DNA of 63,921 bases, filler included, from Hyphochytrium catenoides (GCA_900088475.1; 5 parts of 5 records of this genome joined end to end with filler, not necessarily neighbours in it), one strand, 5' to 3'; shown: positions 37,058 through 50,436, numbered from the whole stretch's first letter. Numbers and translations are program-made. Notes: generated by a model from the letters alone, not told the origin.

Positions 37058-38031
37058 CCTGCTCAGGGTGGGTTTTGCAGCTTATAATAGCGGATGAGGG
37101 CCGCTGGAGAACACAGCTGGCTAAGTGACAACCGGCCTGGAAGGACTACTGGGCCACTGGGAATGGCCATTGCGCTGGCATTCTTCGGGAAGGAAGACAC
37201 CTTCTTCACCAGTCAACTACCAAAAGGCGCCCCGCCCCGGCTTCGCTTGACACATCTCCGCGCACTTATTGCCAACTCTTCCACGCTCCTAGTAGAGAGG
37301 GACGGGCTAAAGACAGAATATAGTAGAGCAACACATCACCCTTGCACGGCTTTATCGCGCTGTTCTCAGAACCCGAAGCCTTCTGATCCAAATCCCAGGA
37401 ACACATTGGCTGCTTCCTGCTAGATCGTGGCTGAGCCTCATGGAGCCAAAACGGGACCGCGGATTCCGAAATCTTAACGGCCTCTACCAGAGCTTGGAGA
37501 GCTACCGTCGCTCCTTATAGTCTACCGCATGTGTGATGCATAGCTGACTTGGACGCCTCTTTCAACAGACATCACGTGCTCGTGCGTCGGTCTAAGCAAG
37601 AGTTACAAGCTGAGCTGTCCAGAGACGGTCGAGCCTCCCTGACGCTGGGCTGTTCAGAGCAATAGAACTTTGAAAGGACGCCGACGGAAAGGAATGACAG
37701 AGAAACAGAAAGATAGGAGGAGAGTGGAGGAGGTGGGCAGGCCCTGGCTGGTGGCTTCTTGGGGGATTGGAGAGAGGAACAGAGCGAAAGGAAGGATCAA
37801 GCGCAACAGCAGGGCGGGCGATGGCGTTATGGGAAGAACAGAACGGGGAACGAGGACGGGAACGAGGAACGAGAGAGAAGAGAAGTGCAGAGGGAGCAGA
37901 GGAAAGGCAGCTGCGTTGGGAGTGAGGACGAAGAGAGGGGAAAGAGATACACACAGGCCATACGAAGGAAGAGGAACGAGAGAGAGAGGGAGGGAGAGAG
38001 AGAGCGAGGGAGAGAGAGAGAAGAGAACGAA

Positions 38032-38033
<2 letters not shown>

Positions 38034-38083
<50 letters not shown>
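38034..38083. repeat. (GA)n microsatellite, representative of many (also ~50445-50489, 57073-57133, 59221-59288, 61422-61456)
   Basis: Uninterrupted dinucleotide run visible in the sequence. Confidence 0.97.
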
Positions 38084-38088
<5 letters not shown>

Positions 38089-39015
38089 AGACAGAGAGAG
38101 AGGAGAGAGAGAGAAGAGAGAGAGAGAAGAGAGAGAAAAAGAGAGGAATCAGATCGTACGATTATTTGAGTAGCAGTATCTTTGCGGTATTCTGGGCTTG
38201 ACCATACAAATTATTCACAGTAAGTTGAGCCACCACATGATGTACGATGTTAGATCGCTATCCCATACACTTTACATTAGCTCCGGGTGAACTACTCGAT
38301 GTACAAGTACAAGTTTCGACAAGAAGGTGGCGTTACAAGGAGCAGTGGTGAGCTGATGAAAGATTCGACGATCCACCACTTCTGATAACTAATACATCTG
38401 ATATTGTAGAAGAGTTTCCAAGTACTACAGTCATTTGTAATACTTTTTGAGCCTGATCGATTACTGGCGCGAATTTGGTGATTTTATTGATTCTTCCACA
38501 GCTATTTTTGGCACTGAGTGCCAAGAAGGCCAGTGAAAGGGTAGCGAGCGACCAAGGCGATGCTGATGATAGCAACAGGAGGAGCAGCAGCCAACAAGCG
38601 CAACTGATGATGGGCTGGATGTGAGAGCGGCCGCCTTTAAAATAGTACGGAGTAGGAAATAGTAGGGATTGTTAGTGCGAAGAAGAAGCGCTGTCCGGCT
38701 CTTGTCGTCCCACGATCCAACATGGGTTTGACTGATAAGTGACTCTTTTAACATCCTGCTTCCTGCTACATCGCCCCACAGGCATGCGTACAGCTCACAA
38801 AGCAGCTTTCGTAAAACCATCAAGCGGACCAGCACTACTCGCCCTATTCTGCTAACTGCCCCAACCTTAGTACGCTCGACAAAGACATCTCCCTACTAGC
38901 ATCGACATCTCGACCTGCCATTCTACATTACCTCTTCCTGAGAGAACCAACGTCTTAAGCTCAAGTACTTTACTGCTGCCTCTAGCGTGCACTGCGATGG
39001 CCTTCTTTGGTTTGA

Positions 39016-39115
39016 NNNNNNNNNNNNNNNNNNNNNNNNNNNNNNNNNNNNNNNNNNNNTTAATTAATTAANNNNNNNNNNNNNNNNNNNNNNNNNNNNN
39101 NNNNNNNNNNNNNNN
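39016..39115. other. Artificial scaffold linker
   Basis: N-run + TTAATTAATTAA + N-run, 100 nt. Confidence 0.98.
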
Positions 39116-42080
39116 CTTTGATGTCTCTCTTTTTCTCTCTTTCTTTTTTCTTCTATGCTTGTGCATGCTTGCATTTCTTTTCTCGCCGGGATGGAAATAG
39201 TTAGCGCTGTAAATAAACCTACCTGCTGATATTTCAGGGCTAGCCCACGCGATGGCGTCATGATTCACCGACGTCCAACACCCCTGTCAACGGCTAGAAA
39301 TAAGTTCATCAGTGCGAGCGAAGAAGCACTTTCCGGAGGTTGAAGCGCAGAGATGGATTAAAGGGTCGTACCTCTAAAAGATGTATCTTTCGTAAGCTCG
39401 TAAACAAAATGCATATTGAATTTCTTTTATATCTAATGCCCAAAGAAAGTCCCCCAGACTAAAACTGAGAATGTCAATCTATGACTCTATAGAACTATGA
39501 CTGCTCTTCTTTGAGACCCACGATCGCGCATTAGCACCAGAGAAGAGTTGACCTCACAATTCAGCTGCTGACATTACAGCGGAGCCGCACGGCAGAACTT
39601 GGCACGGGGCTGGCTTGTAAATTGTTTGGGAATTATTAGACTGGCCCATGATCATGGGATACCTCAAAGTGCTAAGTTTGGAGCTCAAGAAATGTACTGA
39701 TAGGCCTCTCTTTATTAACCAGTATCCCTTCCTTCGGCCTCTCAGTACTAAAATTGGATTTTGAGCAGCTTCGGATTCAGTTCCGCCGCCTCTTCTACTT
39801 TCGGAATTGCCCTTCCTCGCCCCAACGTGATTGAGCAGCTCAAAACTTCGGAATTCATCATAATTCCTGTCGCTAGAACTCTACTTTTTACTTTTTCTAA
39901 TGTTCTCTATCTAAATGCTAGAAAGAAGAAAGAAGAGGAAGAAAGGAGGAGACGAGAAGAGGTCAAGAGCTATGAGGTCTTGGTCTCTTCATCAACACGC
40001 TCCCGTCCACCACCACAATCATTATTGTCTCAGAAGGAAGAAGCATAAATAGTAGATTTGGAAGAGATGAAACGTGCATCTTCATCACTCTTAACCAGAC
40101 AACTTAGCGAAGGGTCCAGCCGCTGAAGTGGAATACGCTTCACAATCTGAAGCGCAGTTTCTTCACGGAATATAGCCAAGGAGACTCTGGTATGAAGGCG
40201 TAAAGCCATTGCCAGGCAGGACCAATGACCATGATGCCGAGAAGCACCAGGAGCAGAGCAATCAAATTGAAGCTTCACAAGTAGTTCCACATCAACAGTC
40301 AGTCAAGGACACGAGGCATAGCTCCTCCCATGGACTTGCTAACTAGCGGGACAAACTGCCGCCCTACAACCTGACAAGGAACCTCGTACTTCTTCAACTT
40401 CGTTTTTTCACCAGCGACCTTGATAGCCGGCATGGACTGCTGCATAATAAAAAGAAGGGTTCTGATTGCAGATGGATTTCTTAGCCAGTCCATAGTGCTT
40501 ACAGGTACAGAGTACAGTGCGGTGAGCTGAAAGGACATCCCCGTTGTTGTGCCTGTGTCCGTCTCGGCCATCCGCTCCGTCTTTTTGCAATCAGTTGCAG
40601 GTATCTTCCATTCTAACACGGTCTGTTTATCTGCTTTCAGCAGAAGTGTCATTGAGTCCTCCTTATAGACGTATATCTCTTGACTTCTCTGTCTTTGACC
40701 AAGCAATCAACATTTTTCCTCTTTCTCTATCTTCAGAACAAACTCGTCCCAGAGGAGTGGGTAGTCCCATGATCCTTTCGTTGGGTGGGGGACAAGAGGC
40801 TTGAGATCAAGTCTTGTGTAAAAAACTGGACCTTTGATCCTCCCTCACCCATTCGTATTTACCCTTGCCCAGGAATGTCATTCTTCTTTCAGAAGGAAAC
40901 CCTGAACGTAATCCGCGACATCTGAACAGAGGTTGTGATTCGTTCCACTTTCTCTCAATGCCAACGTCAGATTCCGAATAGGACAACGCCTGGCCGCAGA
41001 CTCCGAATATAGTGCGCTTCTATGTAGCAGGTTACAGAAAATACTAGTTTGTGCTTTGAAGTGAAAGGCCCTTTACAAGAATCTTCAATACCGCAACCGA
41101 TTATAAGAAAACTGTCGAAGTCAAGGATACTCAGAGACCTGGTGCCAATTTGGGGTTGGCTTGCGAACTGTCTCGAAGAAAAACCGATAAGAGTTAGGTT
41201 TTCTGTCGTTATCAACAACATCGGGGCGGCAACTACCTAAAGAAGCGCCTCCTACTGTCCTAGCCTTCCATCTTCAAACACTTGACAGAGAAGAGGACGA
41301 GGAAAAGGAGGGAACAAGAGATACAGCATACGCGCGATACAGAGTGAAGAAAACTCGCAGACAGAGACCGCTAGTATGGGGTATGGAGTAGGGATTCTGG
41401 ATCCCTCGAGGTGTACTTTTCAGGGTGAGAGAGACATACAAAGAGACAGGACATTGAGAGACAGAGAGAGAGACAGCCGAGAGTCAGAAGGTTTGAAGGC
41501 AACAGAGAGACAGCCAAAATAGAATAGAGACAGGGATTGAGGGAGAGAGAAAGACAGAGAGAGAGTGAGAGAGAAAGAAAGAGGGAGGGGATGATAGTGA
41601 GAGAAGGGGGAAGAGAGGGCGAGAGAAAGAGAGAGAGAGCACAAAGAGAGAGCGAGCAAAGAGATTGAACAGAGAGAGAGGAGGTGAGAGGAAAGGTTCC
41701 ATGACAAAGGAGGGTAGTCATTAGCCAGAGCGATCAAGCAACCATAGCCGCCGCGTCTGTCTACCCTCTCAAAGTCAAAAATTCTCATCCGCAGCCAGCG
41801 CCTAAGAGTGCACACAACAAGTTCAAGCCTTAGACTCTCTCTTTTGCTCTTTCTTTCTCTGTTTTCTCTGTCGCTAGCGCGCATGAGACAGCGAGGAAGA
41901 GCGCATAACCGTCTCTCCAGAACTTTCAGCCGGACCCGCATCGCCATTGAGGGCAAATAGCTTTACGTCTCTCTAAAAGAAAGGGAAAGAAATAGAAGCT
42001 CACGCGTCTCTTCCTCGCCTCTTTCGACGATTTATCGCCTTTTTTCCAATTCATTTCTTTGAATCCACCCAGTAAGCGCA

Positions 42081-43700
42081 ATGGCTTCTCCAATGAACGG
42101 ATCTGCTAACAAGGAAGTTGAGACGGACAATGTCCGCAGCGAGATGGTNNNNNNNNNNNNNNNNNNNNNNNNNNNNNNNNNNNNNNNNNNNNNNGGCATT
42201 GGTCGCTTTACTGGCCTTCTGGCTCAGAAAACTCAGTCTCTTCTGGCTGTTGAGTTCATGGAGAGCTTCTGCGAGAAGAACAGAGAGCTTCACGGGCATT
42301 TGCCCAATGTGACCGTCCAGCAGGGCGATGTGACGGCGCTGGAGCTGCCTGAGGGGTCTTTTGACTTGGTCTTCTCAAACTGGCTGATGATGTATCTCTC
42401 GGATGAGGAAACCTGCCGCCTTGCGCAGAACTCGCTCAAGTGGCTGGCTCCAGGCGGCCATGTCTTCTTCCGTGAGTCTTGCTTCAAGCGCTCTGGCGAC
42501 GTGCCAAGAACGTCCAATCCCACGAACTATCGTCATCCTAGCTTCTATCACGATGCTTTCTCTAAGGCCTTCATTGAGGAAGCAGACGGGACGATCTCTA
42601 AGTTCGAGCTGGTCTCTTCACGCTCAGTTTCTGCCTACAGGCAACTTAAGGGCAACCAGGGCCAGATCACCTGGTTGTGGAAGAAAGTGAACGTGAAGGA
42701 GTCCGTTCAGGACTTCCAGGACTTCTTAGACTCTCAGCAGTACACGAGAGTGGGCATTCTGCGCTATGGTACGTGGAGAACAACATCCTTCTTTTCCTTA
42801 AATCTTAAGAGCTTTCTTTTGTCCTTTCTTCCTTCTCTTCTACTTCCTATAGCTCGGTAGCAGTCCATCCCAGCGGGATCGCTGTTCTCCTTTTACATTG
42901 TCTTCCGTCGGTCTCTGGTGTCTTGATACCTTTCCAAAGCACTGACCGCAATCCTTCTTGTTCCCTTTCTCATCTTTATAGAGAAAATCTTTGGCGCCGG
43001 GTATGTGAGCACTGGAGGCCCTGAGACGACGGAGGAGTTCGTTGCTTCCCTTCAGCTTGAACCTGGACAGCGTGTTCTAGACGTAGGATGTGGCATTGGA
43101 GGCGGAGACTTCTATATGTCAGAGCGCTATGGAGCAGAGGTTTATGGTATCGATCTTAGCACGAACATGGTAAACATCGCTCTGGAGAGAACCGTGCAGC
43201 AAGGAAGGACCGATGTTCAGTTTGAAGTCTGCGATGCCACCAAGAAAGTCTTCCCTGAGAACCACTTCGATGTCGTCTACTCCCGTGACACGATCCTGCA
43301 CATTGAAGATAAGGCTTCTCTCTTTGCCAAGTTCTTTAAATGGCTCAAGCCAGGCGGACGTCTACTTATCTCTGACTACTGCTGCGGAGAAAGAGAGCAC
43401 TCAGACAGATTTAAGGCGTATGTTGCGCAGAGAGGCTACCATCTTCTATCTGTCCCTGCGTACGGCAGAGTGATTGAGAGTGTCGGCTTCACCGATGTGG
43501 TTGCCGAGGATAGAAGCCAACAGATGATAGAGATTCTGCAGAAAGAGATGAGCCGCACAGAGAAAGACAAAGAGGCCTTCATCCAAGAGTTCAGTGAGGA
43601 GGATTTCAACTATCTGATCGAGGGATGGAAGGCTAAGGTTGTGCGCGTAGGTGAGGGGGACCAAGCATGGGGCCTGTTCAAGGCCAGAAAGCCTCTTTAA
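42081..43700 (+). CDS. PEAMT: Phosphoethanolamine N-methyltransferase, two SAM-methyltransferase domains (plant-type), with an assembly gap at 42149-42194
   Basis: Domain 1: [36 protein letters not shown]. Linker [16 protein letters not shown]. Intron at ~42769-42981. Domain 2: [53 protein letters not shown]. Confidence 0.95.
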
Positions 43701-44040
43701 CTGGACGGGGAAGGAGATGGATGAAGAGCCGCAAAATGGGAACAGGAGACACGCAGAATTTGATAGCGGAGTGTGACAGAGTATAATAAAAGATCTGCAT
43801 TTGCACTTGAAAACTGTGTGAAGAGATAATTGGAGAGCCCGTAGATGGCCTTAGGGCCTTCCTGCCCAGCTGATGACGCGGTTGGTTCATCGCCTTATAG
43901 GCCACAGCCTTTCTTAGTGTGCTCACTATAGACTTAGCTGCTTTAAATAGTGTGCTGGCTGAGGCTAGCCTTCGAGTCTTTTCTACCCTGTATGTCCACA
44001 ACCCGATCAGCAAACAGAAATATGGATCAGATCGAAGAGG

Positions 44041-44858
44041 TTACTGGGCCTTGCTAGGTTGATCATAAGCAAGACCGCGAAGCAGATTCTTCATTCGCGC
44101 GCGATCGGGACTTTCTCTACAGAGTAGGTAGCATTGGAGTAAGGCAATTGGACAAGGAAAGAGAGAGCGCAGAGACGAGACATTAAGGCCGACACTGGAA
44201 GAGAGCACGAAGAAAATCTTCGATCAACATTAGGCAATCGACGAGAGCACGGCGATGATGGTTGGCGAGAGGTTATCAGTTAGGAAAGAGTCCGAGACTT
44301 AGCCATGTGGGAAAGGAAGAAACTCACTGCTTGGAGTCAATCGTCTTCCAGACTTTCTCCCAAGGATTGTTTACCGAGTTCTGCTGTTCTGCTTCAGTCG
44401 TCTGGCACTCCCTGCCGCAATGGAGAGGGAGAGGATAGGGATTAGACGCAACACTGAAAGGGTTTGGAAGGCGAGACAGAAAGAAATAGAAAGGGACATA
44501 GAGACAGAGAGAAGAGAGTAAAAGAAATCGGGCACCGGAACGAGCTCAGACCCTCACTGATCATCAAACACGGTAGGGAGCGGTTACCTGTTTGCTGCTT
44601 GGCGTGCTGCTAGAGCGTCAGTTCGAGCATTGTAGAAGTGATCGAGGTCCTAAGGATGGAAGGACGCGGCAGGGTAGTAAGTGCACCCACTCACTGAACT
44701 CTGAAGATAAGCTGTCTACCTCCTCAGCCTTCAACTTCTTCTCCTCTACCAGGCTCTTCTCACTCTTGGCCTTCTCCTCAACCTTCTGCTGCCACACGCG
44801 ATCGAGCTTCTGTAGTGCATCCTCTTCCTCTGGAGTCGGCGTCGCATTCAGGAGATGT
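44041..44858 (-). CDS. Clathrin light chain core and C-terminus (4 exons), lacking its own start; predicted 3' part of a fusion with the upstream peptidase
   Basis: Exons 44858-44720, 44649-44588, 44411-44328 and 44116-44041 give EEEDALQKLDRVWQQKVEEKAKSEKSLVEEKKLKAEEDLDHFYNARTDALAARQAANRE..NPWEKVWKTID..DRARMKNLLRGL. This matches the light chain helix, the FY..R....NR motif, the WE.V motif and the D.SRM..L motif. Confidence 0.8.
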
Positions 44859-45030
44859 CTGCAGAGACAACAACATTGCTAATGAGACGAAGTCATTCTG
44901 CTTCCCTCTCTCGCCTTGATTCTTTCCATGACCGGGCCTCCTCTCAGAACCATAATAGAATAACCAAGCTCTCGTGTCTCTCCTCCACGTCCCATCTATC
45001 ATGCTCTTTCGTCGGGGTTTCCCCAGCCAC

Positions 45031-46612
45031 TCACTGTGAACTTCCATTTGAGTTGTGCTCTTCTGACGTGAGGGAGGAAAGAACCTGGAATAAAGCCTCA
45101 AAGAACGAGCGCTGATCCTCCTCAGGAAGGACGTCAAACGGCGGTACGTGGACAAAAAGGGAGACCTTGGAAGATGAGGGCGAGCGGAAGAATGTGAGAG
45201 GATATCCCTACCAGCTCTATTTCCCCCGAGCGTCTCAGACGCCCGTGGAGGTACCGCCCCAGTCATCTCCTCATTAGCTCAGGTCTCCGCCCTCACCAGT
45301 GCCCTTTCTCTCCTTATTGCTTGCGCATCCCCCTACAGGACTTTACGACGTACTATTCTTTGCCATTCCTCTCGACCTCTCTCTCCCTCCTTCTTTCTTT
45401 CTTTCTTTCTCTCCTTCTTCCTCTCACTCTCTCTCCCCTTTTTCTTTTTCTTTTTCTACCTCTCTGTCTCTCTGTCTCTCTCTGTCTCTCTGTCTCTCTC
45501 TCGATTTTGTGATCTTTCGCCTCAGGCGGAATATTCCTCACCGAGTTATTGTCTGGCTTCGAACACCAACATAGAGAGGAGAAGTAGGTATAGTTGCAAA
45601 TATATCGGCCCGGATCTGTCGACACGGCCACGGGCCAGGGTCCTCTCTCTCTCATCAGAGTCGCTAACTGCTCACAGTCCAAGGCCGTGGTCCTCTGAGC
45701 CGGCTGTCCCTCTTCCACTGGCACTCTGTTGGGCATGTTGCCCCGCTCATCGGGGATCTCAAATTTTGCTTCGTTGTAGGCACAAGACTCTAAGTTTATT
45801 GTCTGAGCATAGCCGTTCAGCCCCATATGGATGAGCACCTTTCGCTTGTTGGGAGACTAAGAACAGCGGAAACTCCCGGTTAGAGCAGAAACAGACAGGA
45901 GAAGGAAGGTAAACGAAGAGAAGAAGAAGAGGCATAGAGCCCCAAGAGAGAGAGCTTAGATGAGACCGAAAGACACCGAGATTTCTGAGATAGAGAAAGA
46001 GAGCGAGAGGGAAGCGGGGAAGACAATGCATACAGAGACAGAGAGAGAGAGAGGTGCGAGAAAGAGACCAAAGGCAGAGCTCCAAATGGCCTTATGTTTA
46101 CCTTTGAGCAGTGATTGAGCACCCGAGGCAGCGCTGTCTGGACGCCTAAAGGGAAGGACCACAGGATAGTAAGATAATACGAAGGAGCAAATAGTTAGAA
46201 AAAGTCGGGGCCAGAGAGCGAAGGGGGGAGAAGAGGGAGTATGACCTGAGGCAGACGACAGATTCACAGAGAGAGAGAGTGTGTCTCATGAAAGAGAGAA
46301 GAAAGATTAGCAAGCGAGTAAGAGATGGAAACGTGAGAGAATGTGCCATGGAGAGAGGAAGCGAGGAAGCATGCAGCAGAGTAAAATAGACAGAGGCAGA
46401 ATGTGTAAGAGCGCGAGAGAGTGTAAGCAGGACCAAGGATGTAGCTATTGGCTCCTCTGACCTTCTATGGAGACCTCAATGACTGTTGAGGATGCGATAA
46501 GCGGATGGACCTGGAAGTACTTGGCCAGATACTCCGTAGGGTTCGTGTTATTCTGACCGAACCTGCCGAAGCCCGTGAGATGGATCTCTACCGCGGGATC
46601 AGCTGACGACAT
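45031..46612 (-). CDS. PGPEP1: Pyroglutamyl peptidase I (MEROPS C15), 4 exons
   Basis: Exons 46612-46462, 46145-46102, 45856-45542 and 45165-45035 give IHLTGFGRF....NPT, LIHMG, INLESCAYN (Glu), PDERG, STDPGRYICNYTYF (Cys) and SLFVHVP (His). The catalytic triad is intact. Confidence 0.93.
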
Positions 46613-47731
46613 GGCTGTGACACAAGCCAGACTCCTTTATTAGGATGTGGATGAGCTGAAACCTGAAGGCGCAAGGAGCTCGCTTGAAGGATGAGAAGCC
46701 TTCTACTCGTTGATAAGATAAGGGATGAATAGAAGTCAAAGATCTATCTCTCTTTGCCAGTCTCACTAACACGAGGGATCCCTTGCTCTCTGCTAGCTAG
46801 TGTAGGTTGATGAACTATTGAGAGTGGACTAGGTCCAGCATCCAGCAGAAGCCGACGNNNNNNNNNNNNNNNNNNNNNNNNNNNNNNNNNAGAGAGAGAG
46901 AGAGAGAGAGAGAGATGAGAGAGAAAATAGAAATCTTTCTTATTATCGCCGAAACAGCATCTTTCTGTCCTTTCCTCTCATTTTTTTGCTGCTTCTGAGT
47001 GATGTGGTCGGACCACTCCAGCTCCTGGGGAGCATCTCAACTACCTCATAATTAACCAAAATTGCCTAGTACTAGTTTCTGGATAATTGGTACTAGTTTC
47101 GGGGACCAAATTTGGGATTGTATATTTATACTGTACAGTAGTACTCGTGCAACCTTTTTCGAGGTGAGGCCTTATCCAGTTTATTTAACTCTAGAGGGAG
47201 GATCACTCATAGATCTATTAATCGATTATTTGAAGGGTCTTCTTTTCAGTTATCGATGGAGCGCATCACCGTTCTCATTCTTACAGACCAAACGAAGCGG
47301 CGCCGCGCGCATCACCAGCAGCAGCCGCCACACCGCCAGTCGAAGACCGAGCACCAGCAGCAGCTGCACTCATCAGCCTAGTACATTGTCTCTCTCTATC
47401 CATCTCTCTATCTATTATCTATCTCTCATGTCAAGTCTTTAGCAAGTCTGATGTTGAGACAGTCTTCTTCAGCCCGATTATTGAAAGAACCCGCGAGGTA
47501 GGATTAACGGTATGTTCAGGAAGCCCGACCACCTGAGGTCGCAATGTCCGTGATCTTGTGGCTAAAATCCGATCAAGCGGAAGATTCTTATCTCTAACAA
47601 GAGTGCAGACAAATGTCGCCGCTTCCGTGTCCCGGATGACGTCAAAGGAGACCAAGGATGCAAGAGAAATGCAAGCGTAGGGGGCAATAACGGCTGCTTA
47701 GGCCGAAGCTCTAAAGGCGCTTGAAGCAAGC

Positions 47732-50436
47732 ATGAAAGAGGTGCAACATTCCCGCGCCGAGCTGCCATCTACTTCTAAAGATGTCACCGGGAGCAGGGGA
47801 GGCTCGCAGAACAACAAACCAGAGAGATTGCGAAGACTCATCAAGGCGACGCGAAATCAGAATCATCAGCACCTTCCAGAGATTGTCAGCTCCGTACAGC
47901 ACTCTGCCCGCCGCCTCTTCTCCCGCTATACTATCACGAATGACAAGGAGACGGCGAAGTATTTGCCATACAGCGAGGTCTCTTACCCTCGTCTGCAGCT
48001 TCGAGCCACAGGAAGTGGCGCTCTAGAGCTGAATAGCGAACAGAAGATGGGAGGCGCCAGTGCCTTGCAGAATATGTGGATGGTGGGTCTGGTAGACCAT
48101 GAGACGCACAAGGCAGCAGCAACTCTGAAAGACTCCTTGGAACTGGGTCCGAAATCGGTAAGTGAGAGGGACGTACCGAAAGAGAGAGACAGAGATCGAC
48201 AGAGACAGCGAGAGGGAGAGAGAAACAGCGAGAGAGAGACCAACAGAGAGGGAGAGAGACAGAAAGGGAGAGAGAGAAAGAGGGAGAGACTTGTCCCAAA
48301 AGAAGACAATACAGTGACACTCAGGCAGAGAAACTATTGTGGACGACAGAGCCAAGAGGAGCCAATGGAGGAAAAGAAAGCAGCAGACCATAAGCACTTG
48401 TAAGGGATAAGGGAGAGGGAATAAGGATGTGGACAGCCACAAAGCCATGACCATTAACAAATATGAAGCAGCAGGGAAGGCATCAGGCTATGTGCTGCTT
48501 ACTGTCCCCAGAAGAAGAAGGAGAGAAAGACAAGAAAAAGAAAACAGAGAGAGAGAGAGAGAGAGAGTTCGTTTAGGAGGGAACTCCGAAAAAATATGAC
48601 CACTATCTAGCTAACTTACCATGCGCCGCACGTCAGAAGGTTGGACCGGCTGAGGGCTGCGAGACAAAGGAGGTAGAAGGGTATACAAAGGGCCTTTCGG
48701 TGCAAGATAGAATGCGACTGAAGGAGCTGCAGGAAGCTTTAGACAGAAGGAAGAAGAAGGTAACAAACCGCTCGTTGGCTGCTAGGTCGTAACGCCGCCC
48801 ACCAATGACTCTCTCTCTCTCTTTCTCTCCTTCTGTCTCTGCCCTCTTAAAGGTTGCACTCTCTCTTCCTGTCGCCCTGCATCCTCTCCACTCTTTTTTC
48901 CGTGCCCTCTCTTCATCTCACCCTCTCGCCGCCTCTCTTTTTCTATCATACTTCTTCCCTTGTCACAGTCTGTTCGCCATGACCCTTTTCAAGTATATCG
49001 TGCTGAGAATCAGAAGCTGCATAAGATGAGGAGAGACCTGAAGAAGAAGCCGAAAGCGTAAGAACACGTTGGGAGAAGGACCGTCGAGGGGAAAAGAAAA
49101 GGAGACAGTCCACATCTTTTGACCTCTCTTCCCTCGGGCAGAACCACGTCTTCCTAGGGCCCAATCGCTCCACATTCCTTCCTGTCTCTAGCTGTCTAAT
49201 AACCCCCTCGTCGCTCTTTTTCTCCTTCGACCTTCTTTGACTCGTTGTGTTCGCTCTTTGTATTAGGCAAGTTCACTCCTCAGCAATGGAAGAGCTGGTC
49301 TTCCTGGATAGAAAGTATACGCGGGTAGGGAGTCGCCCAAAGTTAGGCAGCTAACTTCTTCCTCTGTCTCTCTTTCTCTCTCGTTCTCTCCTCCCGCTTC
49401 CCCTGTCCTTCATTCGACGTCTTTTGTGCTGTTCCACCTCTCTCCTCTTATAACAACTATGACCTTCTTCTCTTCGTAAGCTCTGACATCTTTTTCTTCT
49501 TTGTCTCTTCCACACTTCTCTTTCTCATTCAGGCGGCGACCATCATTCAACGTTTCTTCAAAATCTACAAGCATCGCTGCGAGCTGATCAAGAAGAAAGA
49601 TCTCTCCCTTTACGCAATCTCGATACAGGTGACGTGGGCTTAAGCTTTCCTCTTCCCACCTGCTGGGCTGGCCCTTGTAGCTGTTTCTCCACAGTCCTAA
49701 GCCCCCTACCTAGCTAACATTTCTCTCTTGTTTCTCTCTTGGTTTGTCTCTTCACCTCTTGCTCTCCTGGAGTCTCGCTGTTTCTGTCCATATCGCTAGT
49801 TCCATCAAGGACCTTCATTTACTATCCCTTTGGACATCCTCCCCTTGATGTCTCATTCTTTGTGTGAAGGCTTGTAGGGTTCCGATCCCTTAATAGTCTG
49901 TCTTATCCCATTGAGTTTTGGTTTGGATATTCTTCTTCTTTTCGCTTTCTTCTGTTGACTCACGCTTTGTCTCCTTTTGCTTCTCTCTATACCACTCTCT
50001 CTCTCTCTCTATCTATCTATCTCTGGCTTCCTCTCCGGGCGTTGTTTTCTGTGGCCATCAGCGGATATGCCGCGGTTACTTGGTGCGGAAGCTCGTAAAG
50101 CTGTGGCACTATCACAGAACGATCTTGGTCACCCGGATCCAGGTAGGGCTACAGAGTGAGCCGAGCAAAATAGAGACGGGAAGTCGAGGGAAAGAGCAAT
50201 AGGGACGGGCAGAGGGAGAGAGAGGAAAGTAGAGAGAGAAATTGGTGCTTCAGAATCTTTCCGCCTTGACTCTCTCGCCCACGATATATTTCCTTATCCT
50301 ATCTTCTTTGATTATCCATGTTCTGGAGCTGAGCTTTCGTCTCTCTCACCCACTCTCTCTTCTGTCACCTCCGTTTCCCTACTCTTCTGTCTTCTCTCTC
50401 TTTGCATGGTTTCGAATCTCCGTGTCTCTGTCTCTG

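Noticed and set aside
38333-38835. Overlapping minus-strand ORFs (also 16180-17270, 24083-24322, 28075-29214, 61355-62085)
   Set aside because: Non-ATG or short, with no family recognised; left uncalled.
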